In this document: piece by piece, positions 49,869 through 58,323 of the stretch
Layout of the letters: every line of letters begins with the position of its first letter
Numbering within the stretch: the first letter of the stretch is position 1
DNA from: Burkholderiales bacterium
GTDB taxonomy: Bacteria; Pseudomonadota; Gammaproteobacteria; Burkholderiales; SG8-39
Reading direction: 5' to 3'
Length of the DNA: 64,000 nt
NCBI GenBank assembly: GCA_014860395.1
Contig: JACZJU010000154.1
Span: 4,439-68,438 of the forward strand
Notes under the pieces: generated by a model
Database searches by the model: none
What the model was told of the DNA's origin: nothing
What the model saw: only the letters and a program-made list of their open reading frames with translations
Position numbers and translations under genes: made by a program

Positions 49869-51026
49869 CTAGAAGCCGGCTTTGGCGAGCGCCTCGGCGC
49901 GCGTCTTCTCCCACGCCGTTGCAAACGCCTGGGGATCCAAATCGTCGGCCTTGTTCATCCCCGCCCAGGCTTTTGCGAGCACCTGCTGGCGCTTGATCAG
50001 CATGTCGTTGTGCTTCTGGTGCTCGGGCTTCCACAGGCCGGCTTCCTTCCAGTACTTGATCGCGCCGTCGTGAAACGGAATCACCCAGGCGAAATTTTGC
50101 CGGTCGACCGCCCAGCCGCTGTTGCCCGGCGCCGAGCTCTTGTAGAGATCGAAGCTGTCGACCATCGCCTTGGTCATGTTGTACACCAGATCGGTCTTCT
50201 GCGACGCGTAAGTCATCAAAATCGGGTACGGGTAGGTCGAGGACTCGGCGGGGTGATCCTTGGACAGTTCCGCGCCCTCGGTGCCCATGTACGGCATGAA
50301 GAACGGCGCGAGCTTGTTCAGCCGCTTCCAGCCTTCCTTGTCCTTGTGCGAGATCACCGGGTAGATCAGGCCGCGCGGGGATTTTGCGATCGCGTAGGCC
50401 TTACCCGATATCGACGAACTGAACGCCGCATCGACCTGGTTGTTGACGATGCCGTCCATGGCTGCGCCGAAGCCGCCGAACTCGACCTTCTCCACGTCGT
50501 TCCAGGTGAGGTTGGCGAAAGCGAGAATCGCAGTGATGTTCTCGTTCAGCGACGGGGCGCCGATCACCCAGGCGACGCGCTTGCCCTTCATATCGGCTAC
50601 CGTCTTGATGCCGCTGTCCTTGGCGGCGAGCACGGTAAGGAGCTGATCCGAGGTGTTGAGCAACAGGCCGCGCACCGGCTGCGGCCCCCATTGCTTCGAG
50701 CCGAAATCGTACAAGCCTTCCTGCGCCAGATAGGCGCCGCCGACGCCGTTGGCGGAGAACTGCACCTGACCGTTCCTGAGCGGCAGGTTGCGCGACACGT
50801 CGTTCTTGCCAGGAAGCACGCGCAGGCTGACGTTATATTTCTGCTTCAGCGCGTTGCCGATCCCGACCGACTGATTGTAGCCGCCCGAACCGACATCGTA
50901 GGCGCTCCATGCAAGGGTGGCTGGCAGCTTTGCCTCCGCGGATACGGCCTGGCCGGCAGCCAGCGCCGATACGGCGAAGAAAGCCGCGGTGAATACGCCG
51001 CGTGCCCGTGTCTGAGTGTTGTGCAT
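49869..51026 (-). CDS. TAXI-family TRAP transporter solute-binding protein
   Basis: Signal peptide, then ...LAWSAYDVGSGGYNQSVGIGNAL... and ...HDGAIKYWKEAGLW... with a C-terminal helical extension. Confidence 0.8.
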   Translation of the reverse strand: MHNTQTRARGVFTAAFFAVSALAAGQAVSAEAKLPATLAWSAYDVGSGGYNQSVGIGNALKQKYNVSLRVLPGKNDVSRNLPLRNGQVQFSANGVGGAYLAQEGLYDFGSKQWGPQPVRGLLLNTSDQLLTVLAAKDSGIKTVADMKGKRVAWVIGAPSLNENITAILAFANLTWNDVEKVEFGGFGAAMDGIVNNQVDAAFSSSISGKAYAIAKSPRGLIYPVISHKDKEGWKRLNKLAPFFMPYMGTEGAELSKDHPAESSTYPYPILMTYASQKTDLVYNMTKAMVDSFDLYKSSAPGNSGWAVDRQNFAWVIPFHDGAIKYWKEAGLWKPEHQKHNDMLIKRQQVLAKAWAGMNKADDLDPQAFATAWEKTRAEALAKAGF

Positions 51027-51097
51027 TGCGTTCTCCTCTTAGAGTCTCTATGACAACAAGTCGAGAGGACGAACCCCTCGTGCTCCCCTAGGCAGGG

Positions 51098-51127
51098 CCG
51101 TAACAAATTCCGTTACGGGTTTTTGTT
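51098..51127 (+). terminator. Orphan intrinsic-terminator-like hairpin (plus strand) inside the leader of the minus-strand TAXI operon
   Basis: CCGTAAC-aaattcc-GTTACGG followed by GTTTTTGTT. There is no plus-strand gene upstream for several kb. Confidence 0.4.
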
Positions 51128-51448
51128 AAAACCATGATCACCAACGCGCTATGTTATCCGTCGCGGCATCTTCTTGCAATCGCAACAACCGAAATCGTCC
51201 CGCGATTTGATTCGTTCTAATTCGCCCGTCTTGTTCTCGCTGGATAAAAAGCAGCGCACACAAGGCGTGAATAGTCCGTCGCGCAGAGGCAGATATCCTT
51301 GTCAGCCGTCATTGCCTCTTTCCACGGATCATGTTAGCTTATCGTTCGCATACTCAATGCGCGCGGTAGATGTTGTAGGTACTCGCCTACGTCTGAAGAC
51401 AGTCGGTGGGCAACGCGTTTCTTTCATCTCTTTGGAGGGGAATCCACG

Positions 51449-52576
51449 ATGGACAAAAAACCCGAAACACAAACCTCACGCCGTAAATTCCTGACCGGCG
51501 CCGCCGCCGCGACGGCGGGCGCCGCGACCCTGGGCTTCCCGATGATCGCCAAGTCGGCATCGCCGATCGTGCTCAAGATGCAGGGCGCCTGGGGGGCGAA
51601 GGACATTTTCAACGAAATGGCCGAGGAATACGTCAAGCGCGTTAACGATATGTCCGGCGGTGCGCTGAAAATCGACTATCTGGTCGCTGGTTCAGTGGTG
51701 AAGCCGTTCGAAGTGCTGGACGCCACCTCCAAAGGCGTGATCGACGGCGCGCACACGGTCGCAGTGTACTGGTACGGCAAGAGCAAGGTAGCCTCGATGT
51801 TCGGGTCGGGCCCGATCACCGGCGCCGACGCTTCGCAGAACCTGGCCTGGATCGCCAAGGAAGGCCAAAAGTATTACGACCAGCTGATGAAGAAGCTCGG
51901 GATCGACGTAGTCGGCTTCTTCGCCATGCCGATGCCGACGCAGCCGCTGGGCTGGTTCAAGAAGCCGATCAAGAGCGCCGCCGAGCTCAAGGGCTTCAAA
52001 TACCGCACCGTGGGTCTGGCCGCCGACCTGATGCAGGAACTGGGCATGAAAGTGACCCAGCTGCCCGGTGGCGAAATCGTCCCGGCAATGGAGCGCGGCG
52101 TGATCGACGCGTTTGAATTCAACAACCCGACCTCCGACCGTCGCTTCGGCGCCCAGGACGTAGCCAAGTACTACATGATGGGCAGCTATCACCAGGCGAT
52201 GGAATTCTTCGAAATCGACTTCAACAGGAAGAAGTACGAAGGCTTGCCGAAGGAACTGCAGGCTATCCTGAAATACTCGGCCGAAGCGGCGTCCACGTCC
52301 AACTTCGCCACCGCAATGGACAACTACTCCAAGGACCTGCTGGAATTGCGCGACAAGGAGAAGGTTAACATCCTGCGCACGCCGCAGAGCGTGTTCGACG
52401 CGCAGATCAAGGCCTGGGACGTGATTGTCAAGCGCCTGTCGGATGCGGACCCGTTCTTCAAGGAGGTATGGCAGTCGCAATTGGCTTGGGGCAAGCGGGT
52501 CGGCTACTACAACTTCTTCAACACCGCCGATTACAAAGCCGCCTACGAGCACCTCCACGGCAAGCTCGGTTTCTAG
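51449..52576 (+). CDS. DctP-family TRAP transporter substrate-binding protein with twin-arginine signal
   Basis: SRRKFLTGAAAATAGAATLGFPMIAKSA (Tat-type), then a DctP-like body. GGAGGG RBS. Confidence 0.85.
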   Translation: MDKKPETQTSRRKFLTGAAAATAGAATLGFPMIAKSASPIVLKMQGAWGAKDIFNEMAEEYVKRVNDMSGGALKIDYLVAGSVVKPFEVLDATSKGVIDGAHTVAVYWYGKSKVASMFGSGPITGADASQNLAWIAKEGQKYYDQLMKKLGIDVVGFFAMPMPTQPLGWFKKPIKSAAELKGFKYRTVGLAADLMQELGMKVTQLPGGEIVPAMERGVIDAFEFNNPTSDRRFGAQDVAKYYMMGSYHQAMEFFEIDFNRKKYEGLPKELQAILKYSAEAASTSNFATAMDNYSKDLLELRDKEKVNILRTPQSVFDAQIKAWDVIVKRLSDADPFFKEVWQSQLAWGKRVGYYNFFNTADYKAAYEHLHGKLGF

Positions 52577-52664
52577 AGCCAGAGTTGTAGACTTATCGAC
52601 CGGAGGCGGCACAGCAATGTGCCGCCTCTTTTAATGTACATATCCGCCTCCTCGGGGGAATTTC

Positions 52665-53264
52665 ATGCTTCAAACTTTCCTGCTTGGCATCGACCGTTTC
52701 AGCATGGCCGTAGGCCATGCCTTCGCCTGGTGCATCGTCATTCTGACTCTGGGGACCTCGTACGAAGTGTTCGTGCGCTACGTCCTGGACAATCCCACCG
52801 CCTGGGCATTCGACATGAGCTATATCCTTTACGGCGGATTGTTCCTCATGTCCGGCGCCTATGCGCTGTCGCGCAACGCCCATGTGCGCGGGGACGTGCT
52901 CTATCGGCTGTGGCCGGTGCGCGTGCAGGGCAGCGTGGAACTGGTGCTCTACTTCATTTTCTTTTTCCCCGGGGTGACCTCGCTGATCATCGCCGGCTAC
53001 GGCTATGCGCACGATTCCTTCGGCTACCGCGAAGTGAGCGTGAATAGCCCGGTGGGCGTGCCCATTTGGCAGCTCAAGGGCCTGATTCCGCTGGCGGGCA
53101 TCATGCTGTTCATCCAGGGCGTGGCGCAGGTGATCCGCTGCATACTCGCGATCCGGGACGGCGAGTGGCCTAAAAAACTGCACGACGTCGAAGAGTTGGA
53201 GGACGTGATCGCTGAGGAGCATGCGCATCATGCTGACGGCGCGCAAAAGGGAGAGGCGGCATGA
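52665..53264 (+). CDS. TRAP transporter small permease (DctQ-like)
   Basis: 4 TMs, 199 aa, between the DctP and DctM genes. Confidence 0.8.
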   Translation: MLQTFLLGIDRFSMAVGHAFAWCIVILTLGTSYEVFVRYVLDNPTAWAFDMSYILYGGLFLMSGAYALSRNAHVRGDVLYRLWPVRVQGSVELVLYFIFFFPGVTSLIIAGYGYAHDSFGYREVSVNSPVGVPIWQLKGLIPLAGIMLFIQGVAQVIRCILAIRDGEWPKKLHDVEELEDVIAEEHAHHADGAQKGEAA

Positions 53265-54607
53265 CCAACCCCGAAATCGCCCTGCTGATGCTGGGCTCGT
53301 TCATATTCATCATCCTGCTCGGCTTCCCCATCGCGTTCACACTGATGGCGATGGGCGTGGGCTTCGGCTACTACGCCTACTACGTCCCCGGACAGGAATT
53401 CTTCGACAGTCGCGTGTTCTACCTGCTGTCTCAGAACACCTTCAGCATCATGAACAACGACGTGCTCACTGCGGTGCCGCTGTTCCTGTTCATGGGCTAC
53501 ATGATAGAGCGCGCCAACATCCTCGACCGCCTGTTCCACAGCCTGCAGGTCGCGTTCAAGAACGTGCCGGGCTCGATGGCGGTGGCGGCGCTCGCGACCT
53601 GCGCCATGTTCGCAACCGCGACCGGGATAGTCGGCGCGGTGGTGACGCTGATGGGCCTGCTCGCGTTTCCTGCCATGCTCAAGGCGGGCTACGACCAGAA
53701 GCTCGCGGCCGGGGTGATCTGCGCCGGCGGGACGCTGGGGATCCTGATTCCGCCGTCGATCATGCTGATCGTATACAGCGCGACTTCGGCGGTTTCCGTG
53801 GTGAAACTGTATGCCGCGGCGATGCTGCCGGGCTTTCTGCTGGCCGGGCTGTACGTGATATACGTCATTACTCTCACCGCCCTGAAACCGAAGCTGGCGC
53901 CGAAACTGCCCAAGGAGCAGACCGATATCCCGTTCGGCAAGGTGGTATACCTGCTGGTAACCGCATTCTTTCCGCTGGCAATATTGATCCTGTCGGTGCT
54001 GGGCACCATCCTGTTCGGGCTGGCGACCCCGAGCGAGGCCGCGGCCGTCGGTGCCATGGGCGCGATGGTGATCGCCATCGGCTACCGCGCGATGACCTGG
54101 CAGCGCCTGAAGGAAGCGGTATTCCTGACCGCGCGCACCTCGGCCATGGTGTGCTGGCTGTTCGTCGGCTCCTGGACCTTCTCCTCGGTGTTTTCCTACC
54201 TCGGCGGCGAGATGCTAATCAAGGAATTCGTGACCAGTATGGAACTCACGCCGGTCCACTTTCTGATCCTGGCCCAGGTGATCATTTTCCTGCTCGGCTG
54301 GCCGCTGGAGTGGAGCGAGATCATCATCATTTTCGTGCCGATTTTCCTGCCGCTGCTGGAGCATTACAAAATCGACCCGATGTACTTCGGCATCCTGGTT
54401 GCGCTCAACCTGCAGACCTCCTTCCTCACGCCGCCAATGGCGATGTCGGCATACTATTTGAAGGGGATTGCGCCACCATACGTGCAGCTGTGGACCATTT
54501 TCAAGGGTTGCTTTCCGTTCCTCGCCATGGTGTTCGTCTCCATGATCCTGGTATACATATTCCCGCAACTGGTCTACTGGCTGCCTAACCTGATCTACGG
54601 AAACTGA
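53261..54607 (+). CDS. TRAP transporter large permease (DctM-like)
   Basis: 448 aa, about 12 TMs. 4-nt overlap with the dctQ-like gene. Confidence 0.9.
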   Translation: MTNPEIALLMLGSFIFIILLGFPIAFTLMAMGVGFGYYAYYVPGQEFFDSRVFYLLSQNTFSIMNNDVLTAVPLFLFMGYMIERANILDRLFHSLQVAFKNVPGSMAVAALATCAMFATATGIVGAVVTLMGLLAFPAMLKAGYDQKLAAGVICAGGTLGILIPPSIMLIVYSATSAVSVVKLYAAAMLPGFLLAGLYVIYVITLTALKPKLAPKLPKEQTDIPFGKVVYLLVTAFFPLAILILSVLGTILFGLATPSEAAAVGAMGAMVIAIGYRAMTWQRLKEAVFLTARTSAMVCWLFVGSWTFSSVFSYLGGEMLIKEFVTSMELTPVHFLILAQVIIFLLGWPLEWSEIIIIFVPIFLPLLEHYKIDPMYFGILVALNLQTSFLTPPMAMSAYYLKGIAPPYVQLWTIFKGCFPFLAMVFVSMILVYIFPQLVYWLPNLIYGN

Positions 54608-54620
54608 GGATTTGTTCTGG

Positions 54621-54686
54621 CATGAGGGGGATACCTCCCCCTCATGCTCCGCTGAATCTACGCCAATTCGGCAATTCTGAAATGGC
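54621..54686. repeat. Composite REP-type element (family B) between dctM-like gene and amidase
   Basis: CATGAGGGGGATACCTCCCCCTCATG (an 11-bp stem, 54621-54646), then CTCCGCTGAATC (shared with 40584-40596), and GCCAATTC-ggcaattct-GAAATGGC (54662-54686). Confidence 0.55.
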
Positions 54687-54701
54687 CCCTAAGGAAACTG
54701 G

Positions 54702-56051
54702 ATGAACGCTGAAACACCCATGGATTTGTCACTGCTGGGCGCAGCCGAAGCGGCGAGCGCCCTGGCCGAAGGCAGGATCAGCTCCGAGGAACTGGTGCAG
54801 GGCTGTCTCGCGCGCATCAAGGCCGATGAGGAACGCGTGCAGGCCTGGGCCTATCTCGACCCCGAGTACGCATTGAATCAGGCGCGCGAAGCAGACCTGC
54901 GCCGGCGCGAGGGCAAGCCGCTGGGACCCTTGCACGGGCTGCCGGTGGGCATCAAGGACATTATCGACACCCGCGGCATGCCGACTGAAGACGGCACGGT
55001 GCTGCACGCCGGGCGCACACCGTTCAGGGACGCGACCCTGGTGTCGATGCTGTACGCGGCTGGCGCAATCATCATGGGCAAGACCGTCACCACCGAGCTC
55101 GCCACCTATGCCCCCGGCAAGACGCGCAACCCGCATAACCCGGAACACACCCCGGGTGGGTCCTCCAGCGGCTCGGCCGCGGCGGTGGCGGCGCACATGG
55201 TGCCGCTCGCGATCGGTACCCAGACCAACGGCTCGGTCATCCGGCCGGCCGCCTACTGCGGCGTAGTCGGCTACAAGCCGAGCTTCGGCCTGATTTCGCG
55301 CCACGGGGTACTCAAGCAGTCGCCTCCCCTGGACCAGATCGGCGTCATGGCGCGCAGCGTCGAGGACGCCGCCCTGCTCGCCGAGCAGCTTATCGGCTTC
55401 GACGAAGAAGATCCGGCTACGCGGCCGCTGCCGCGGCCGCCGCTGCGCGAAATCGCGATGCAGGAGCCGCCCGTGCCGCCCACGCTGGCGTTCGTGAAGT
55501 CGCCAGTGTGGAAGCAGGCCGATGCGCAAACCCATGAGGCGTTCGCCGAGTTGGTGGCGCACCTGGGCGAGCGCGTAGAGGAGTTCAAACTGCCGCCCGG
55601 GTTCAAGGACGCGTGGAAATGGCACCAGACAGTCATGGAAGCGGATCTGGCCAAGAATTACGAGCACGACTACGCGCAAGGACGCGACAAACTGAGCGCC
55701 ACGCTGCGCGAACAGATAGAGCGCGGTCGCAGGGTGCGCGCGGTCGAGTACAACCGGGCGCTGGACCAGGTTCCCGCGCTGAACAGCGCGCTGGAGCAGA
55801 TGTTCGAGCTGCGCTACGAAGCGATTCTGACCCCCGCCACGGCCGGCACGGCGCCGCAGGGCCTTGCATCAACCGGATCCCCCGCCTTCTGCACGTTGTG
55901 GACGCTGTGCGGCCTGCCGGCGGTCACGCTGCCGCTGATGCGGGGCGAGGACGGCCTGCCGCTGGGCGTGCAATTGGTGGGGCCGCGCGGCAGCGACGCG
56001 CGCCTGCTGCGCACCGCGCGCTGGCTCGTCGCCCAGGTCCAGTCCAGCTGA
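54702..56051 (+). CDS. Amidase-signature family enzyme
   Basis: ...GLPVGIKDIIDTRGMPT... and the Gly/Ser-rich AS motif GGSSSGSAAAVAA. Confidence 0.85.
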   Translation: MNAETPMDLSLLGAAEAASALAEGRISSEELVQGCLARIKADEERVQAWAYLDPEYALNQAREADLRRREGKPLGPLHGLPVGIKDIIDTRGMPTEDGTVLHAGRTPFRDATLVSMLYAAGAIIMGKTVTTELATYAPGKTRNPHNPEHTPGGSSSGSAAAVAAHMVPLAIGTQTNGSVIRPAAYCGVVGYKPSFGLISRHGVLKQSPPLDQIGVMARSVEDAALLAEQLIGFDEEDPATRPLPRPPLREIAMQEPPVPPTLAFVKSPVWKQADAQTHEAFAELVAHLGERVEEFKLPPGFKDAWKWHQTVMEADLAKNYEHDYAQGRDKLSATLREQIERGRRVRAVEYNRALDQVPALNSALEQMFELRYEAILTPATAGTAPQGLASTGSPAFCTLWTLCGLPAVTLPLMRGEDGLPLGVQLVGPRGSDARLLRTARWLVAQVQSS

Positions 56052-56097
56052 TCCGCCGCAAAGCCTTCAACCCGACACCAAACCAGGAGTACACCTT

Positions 56098-56295
56098 ATG
56101 CTATCCGACATCATTTTCGGCTTGATCGCGATGACCATGGCGGTAGTTTTCTACCTGGTCCCCATCGTCAAGCTCGTTCCCATCCTTGGAACAAAATCGA
56201 TCCCGCTGGTCGCAGTGGTGATGATCGGCGTCGTCATGATGATCGTTGAATTCGTCCAGACCATCCGCGCCGGCAAGGACGACAGCAAAAAATGA
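56098..56295 (+). CDS. Possible 65-aa two-TM membrane protein
   Basis: AGGAG RBS. MLSDIIFGLIAMTMAVVFYLVPIVKLVPILGTKSIPLVAVVMIGVVMMIVEFVQTIRAGKDDSKK. Confidence 0.4.
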   Translation: MLSDIIFGLIAMTMAVVFYLVPIVKLVPILGTKSIPLVAVVMIGVVMMIVEFVQTIRAGKDDSKK

Positions 56296-56396
56296 GGCCA
56301 GCGCAGCCGGCAGCCGTTTCAGCGTAGTTCATCGCAAATTGGTACAGGCGTGGCGCTTCTTTCTGGACGCGCCGCCACCGGCAGCAGCAGTTCCGT

Positions 56397-58088
56397 CTAC
56401 GCGTAGTACATCACCAGGTACAGGGCAAGCAGGACGCTGATCCACAAGGCCATCGCGCCCGTGGATTGCGTACGCGCGAGCACGCTTGCCGGCCCGTGCC
56501 AGCGCTTGGTCCAGCGCAGCAGGGCAGCGCCCCAGTCCCGCGCCTCCGTGCCCAGCGTGGCCAGACCGCGCGACAAGGCGCCCGCGCAGACCGCGACCAC
56601 GGCGGGCCCGGCGCGCCGATAGAGCCAGTCCACATCGAGCGTGATCGTGGGGGTGCGGCGCAGCATGGGCAGCATCAGGAAGAAAACCAGCCCCGAGAAC
56701 AGCAGCAACTGCAACTGGCCGACTACGTGGGCCCCGTCGTAAGGAACATAATTTGCGCTATAGGGCAGCAGCGCGTACAGCGGTTCGTAGAAAATCCCCA
56801 GCCCGATGCACAGCGCCGAGAACAGGAACATCGCCAGACGCATGTTCAGCGGCGGCTCGGGCGGGCGCAGCCCGGAGTCCTTCTGGAAAAACACGAACCA
56901 GGGGAATTTGATGCCAGCGTGCAGGAACACGCCAGCCGACGCCGCCGCCAGGAGCAGCCATACGGCATACAGATGCCCGTCGACAGCCGCCTGCGAGATC
57001 ATCGACTTGCTCACGAATCCGGAGGTGAGCGGGAACGCGGAGATCGCAAGCGCGCCGATGATCCCGCAGGTGGCGGTGAACGGCATGGTCTGGAACAATC
57101 CGCCCAGATCCGAGCACTTGCGCTTGCCGGTCATATGCAGCACCGAGCCTGCCGACATCAGCAGCAGGCCCTTGTAGATAATGTGCGTGAACGCGTGCGC
57201 GGCGGCGCCATTGAGCGCCATCTCGGTGCCAATGCCGATGCCGGTAACCATGAAGCCGACCTGGTTCACGATGCTGTAGGCAAGGATGCGCCGCATGTCG
57301 TTCTCGAGCAGCGCAAACACGATGCCGTAGAACACCATGAACAAGCCGACATAGACCAGCAATTCGGTGCCGGCGAAACTGCGCAACAGAACGTAGACCG
57401 CGGTCTTGGTCGTGAACGCGGAAAGAAACACCGTGCCGCTCCAGGACGCCTCCGGATAGGCGTCGGGCAGCCAGGCCGAGAGCGGCGGCGCAGCGGCATT
57501 GATCAGGAACCCCGCCAGAATCAGCCAATGCGCGGGCGTATCCAGCGCGATATGCCCGAGCGCGAGCGAACCGCTGGCCGCTACGTGGCCGGCTATACCC
57601 GCCATCAGCAGCACCCCGCCCAGAAGATGAATCATCAGGTAGCGGAAGCTCGCCGCGCGCGACTGGCTGGTGCCGGCACTCCAGATAACCAGGGTCGAGC
57701 CGATCGCCATCAGTTCCCAGTACACGAATACGGTCACCAGATCGCCTGCGAGCGCGACGCCCACGGCCGAGCCTGCATAAACCAGGGCAGCCGGAAGCTC
57801 GATCCGGTTATCGCGGTTAAGCGCGAACAGCGCCCCGCCGAAAGCCATGATCGAGAAAATCAGCGCGAACAGGCGCGACAGCTTGTCCACGGCAAAGGGC
57901 GTCAGTTCGTAGCCCAGAAACTGCGCATGCCAGATCGCGCCCTCGGGCGCCATCCACACGAGCACCATCGCCGCCAGCGGCGCAAGCAGCACCAGTGCGG
58001 CGCGCGCAGCGCCGCGCAGCGGCGCTGCGATCAGACCGCCGAAAATCAGGACCAGGCCCGGATGCAGAAATTCAGTCATCGCGTCCAT
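56397..58088 (-). CDS. Antiporter-like subunit 3 (MrpA-N/MrpD/NuoL-class proton-conducting membrane subunit) with C-terminal extension
   Basis: 563 aa with the proton-antiporter-M core (...WELMAIGS...LLGGVLLMAG...). It has a tail of about 95 aa ending in one TM (AMALWISVLLALYLVMYYA). The start could also be 58079. Confidence 0.8.
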   Translation of the reverse strand: MDAMTEFLHPGLVLIFGGLIAAPLRGAARAALVLLAPLAAMVLVWMAPEGAIWHAQFLGYELTPFAVDKLSRLFALIFSIMAFGGALFALNRDNRIELPAALVYAGSAVGVALAGDLVTVFVYWELMAIGSTLVIWSAGTSQSRAASFRYLMIHLLGGVLLMAGIAGHVAASGSLALGHIALDTPAHWLILAGFLINAAAPPLSAWLPDAYPEASWSGTVFLSAFTTKTAVYVLLRSFAGTELLVYVGLFMVFYGIVFALLENDMRRILAYSIVNQVGFMVTGIGIGTEMALNGAAAHAFTHIIYKGLLLMSAGSVLHMTGKRKCSDLGGLFQTMPFTATCGIIGALAISAFPLTSGFVSKSMISQAAVDGHLYAVWLLLAAASAGVFLHAGIKFPWFVFFQKDSGLRPPEPPLNMRLAMFLFSALCIGLGIFYEPLYALLPYSANYVPYDGAHVVGQLQLLLFSGLVFFLMLPMLRRTPTITLDVDWLYRRAGPAVVAVCAGALSRGLATLGTEARDWGAALLRWTKRWHGPASVLARTQSTGAMALWISVLLALYLVMYYA

Positions 58089-58320
58089 CGTAGTAGTCGT
58101 CCGGGCGCTTGAGGAACGCGCCCAGCCCTTTGGCGAAAAGGATCAGCGCGGCGCAGGCAAGGAAGCCGAACCAGGCGTTGAAAGCGAAGTAGCCGTCGAT
58201 GCCGAAGTAGGCGTGATGCTGCACGAACAGTTCCGCCGCTACGGTCAGCGCGAGTATGCCGATGAACGCCCGCCACAGCAGGCGGATGTTCTCGGGTCGT
58301 ACCAGCCAGTGCTTTTCCAT
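58072..58320 (-). CDS. 82-aa two-TM protein embedded in the Mrp-like operon
   Basis: MEKHWLVRPENIRLLWRAFIGILALTVAAELFVQHHAYFGIDGYFAFNAWFGFLACAALILFAKGLGAFLKRPDDYYDGRDD. It starts 3 nt after the upstream stop and overlaps the next start. No family recognised. Confidence 0.55.
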   Translation of the reverse strand: MEKHWLVRPENIRLLWRAFIGILALTVAAELFVQHHAYFGIDGYFAFNAWFGFLACAALILFAKGLGAFLKRPDDYYDGRDD

Positions 58321-58323
58321 GGA

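Noticed and set aside
51160-51180. Sigma-54-like GGCAT-N-TGCA motif upstream of the DctP-like gene
   Set aside because: The GG-to-GC spacing is one nt short of the -24/-12 consensus and the flanking bases do not match.
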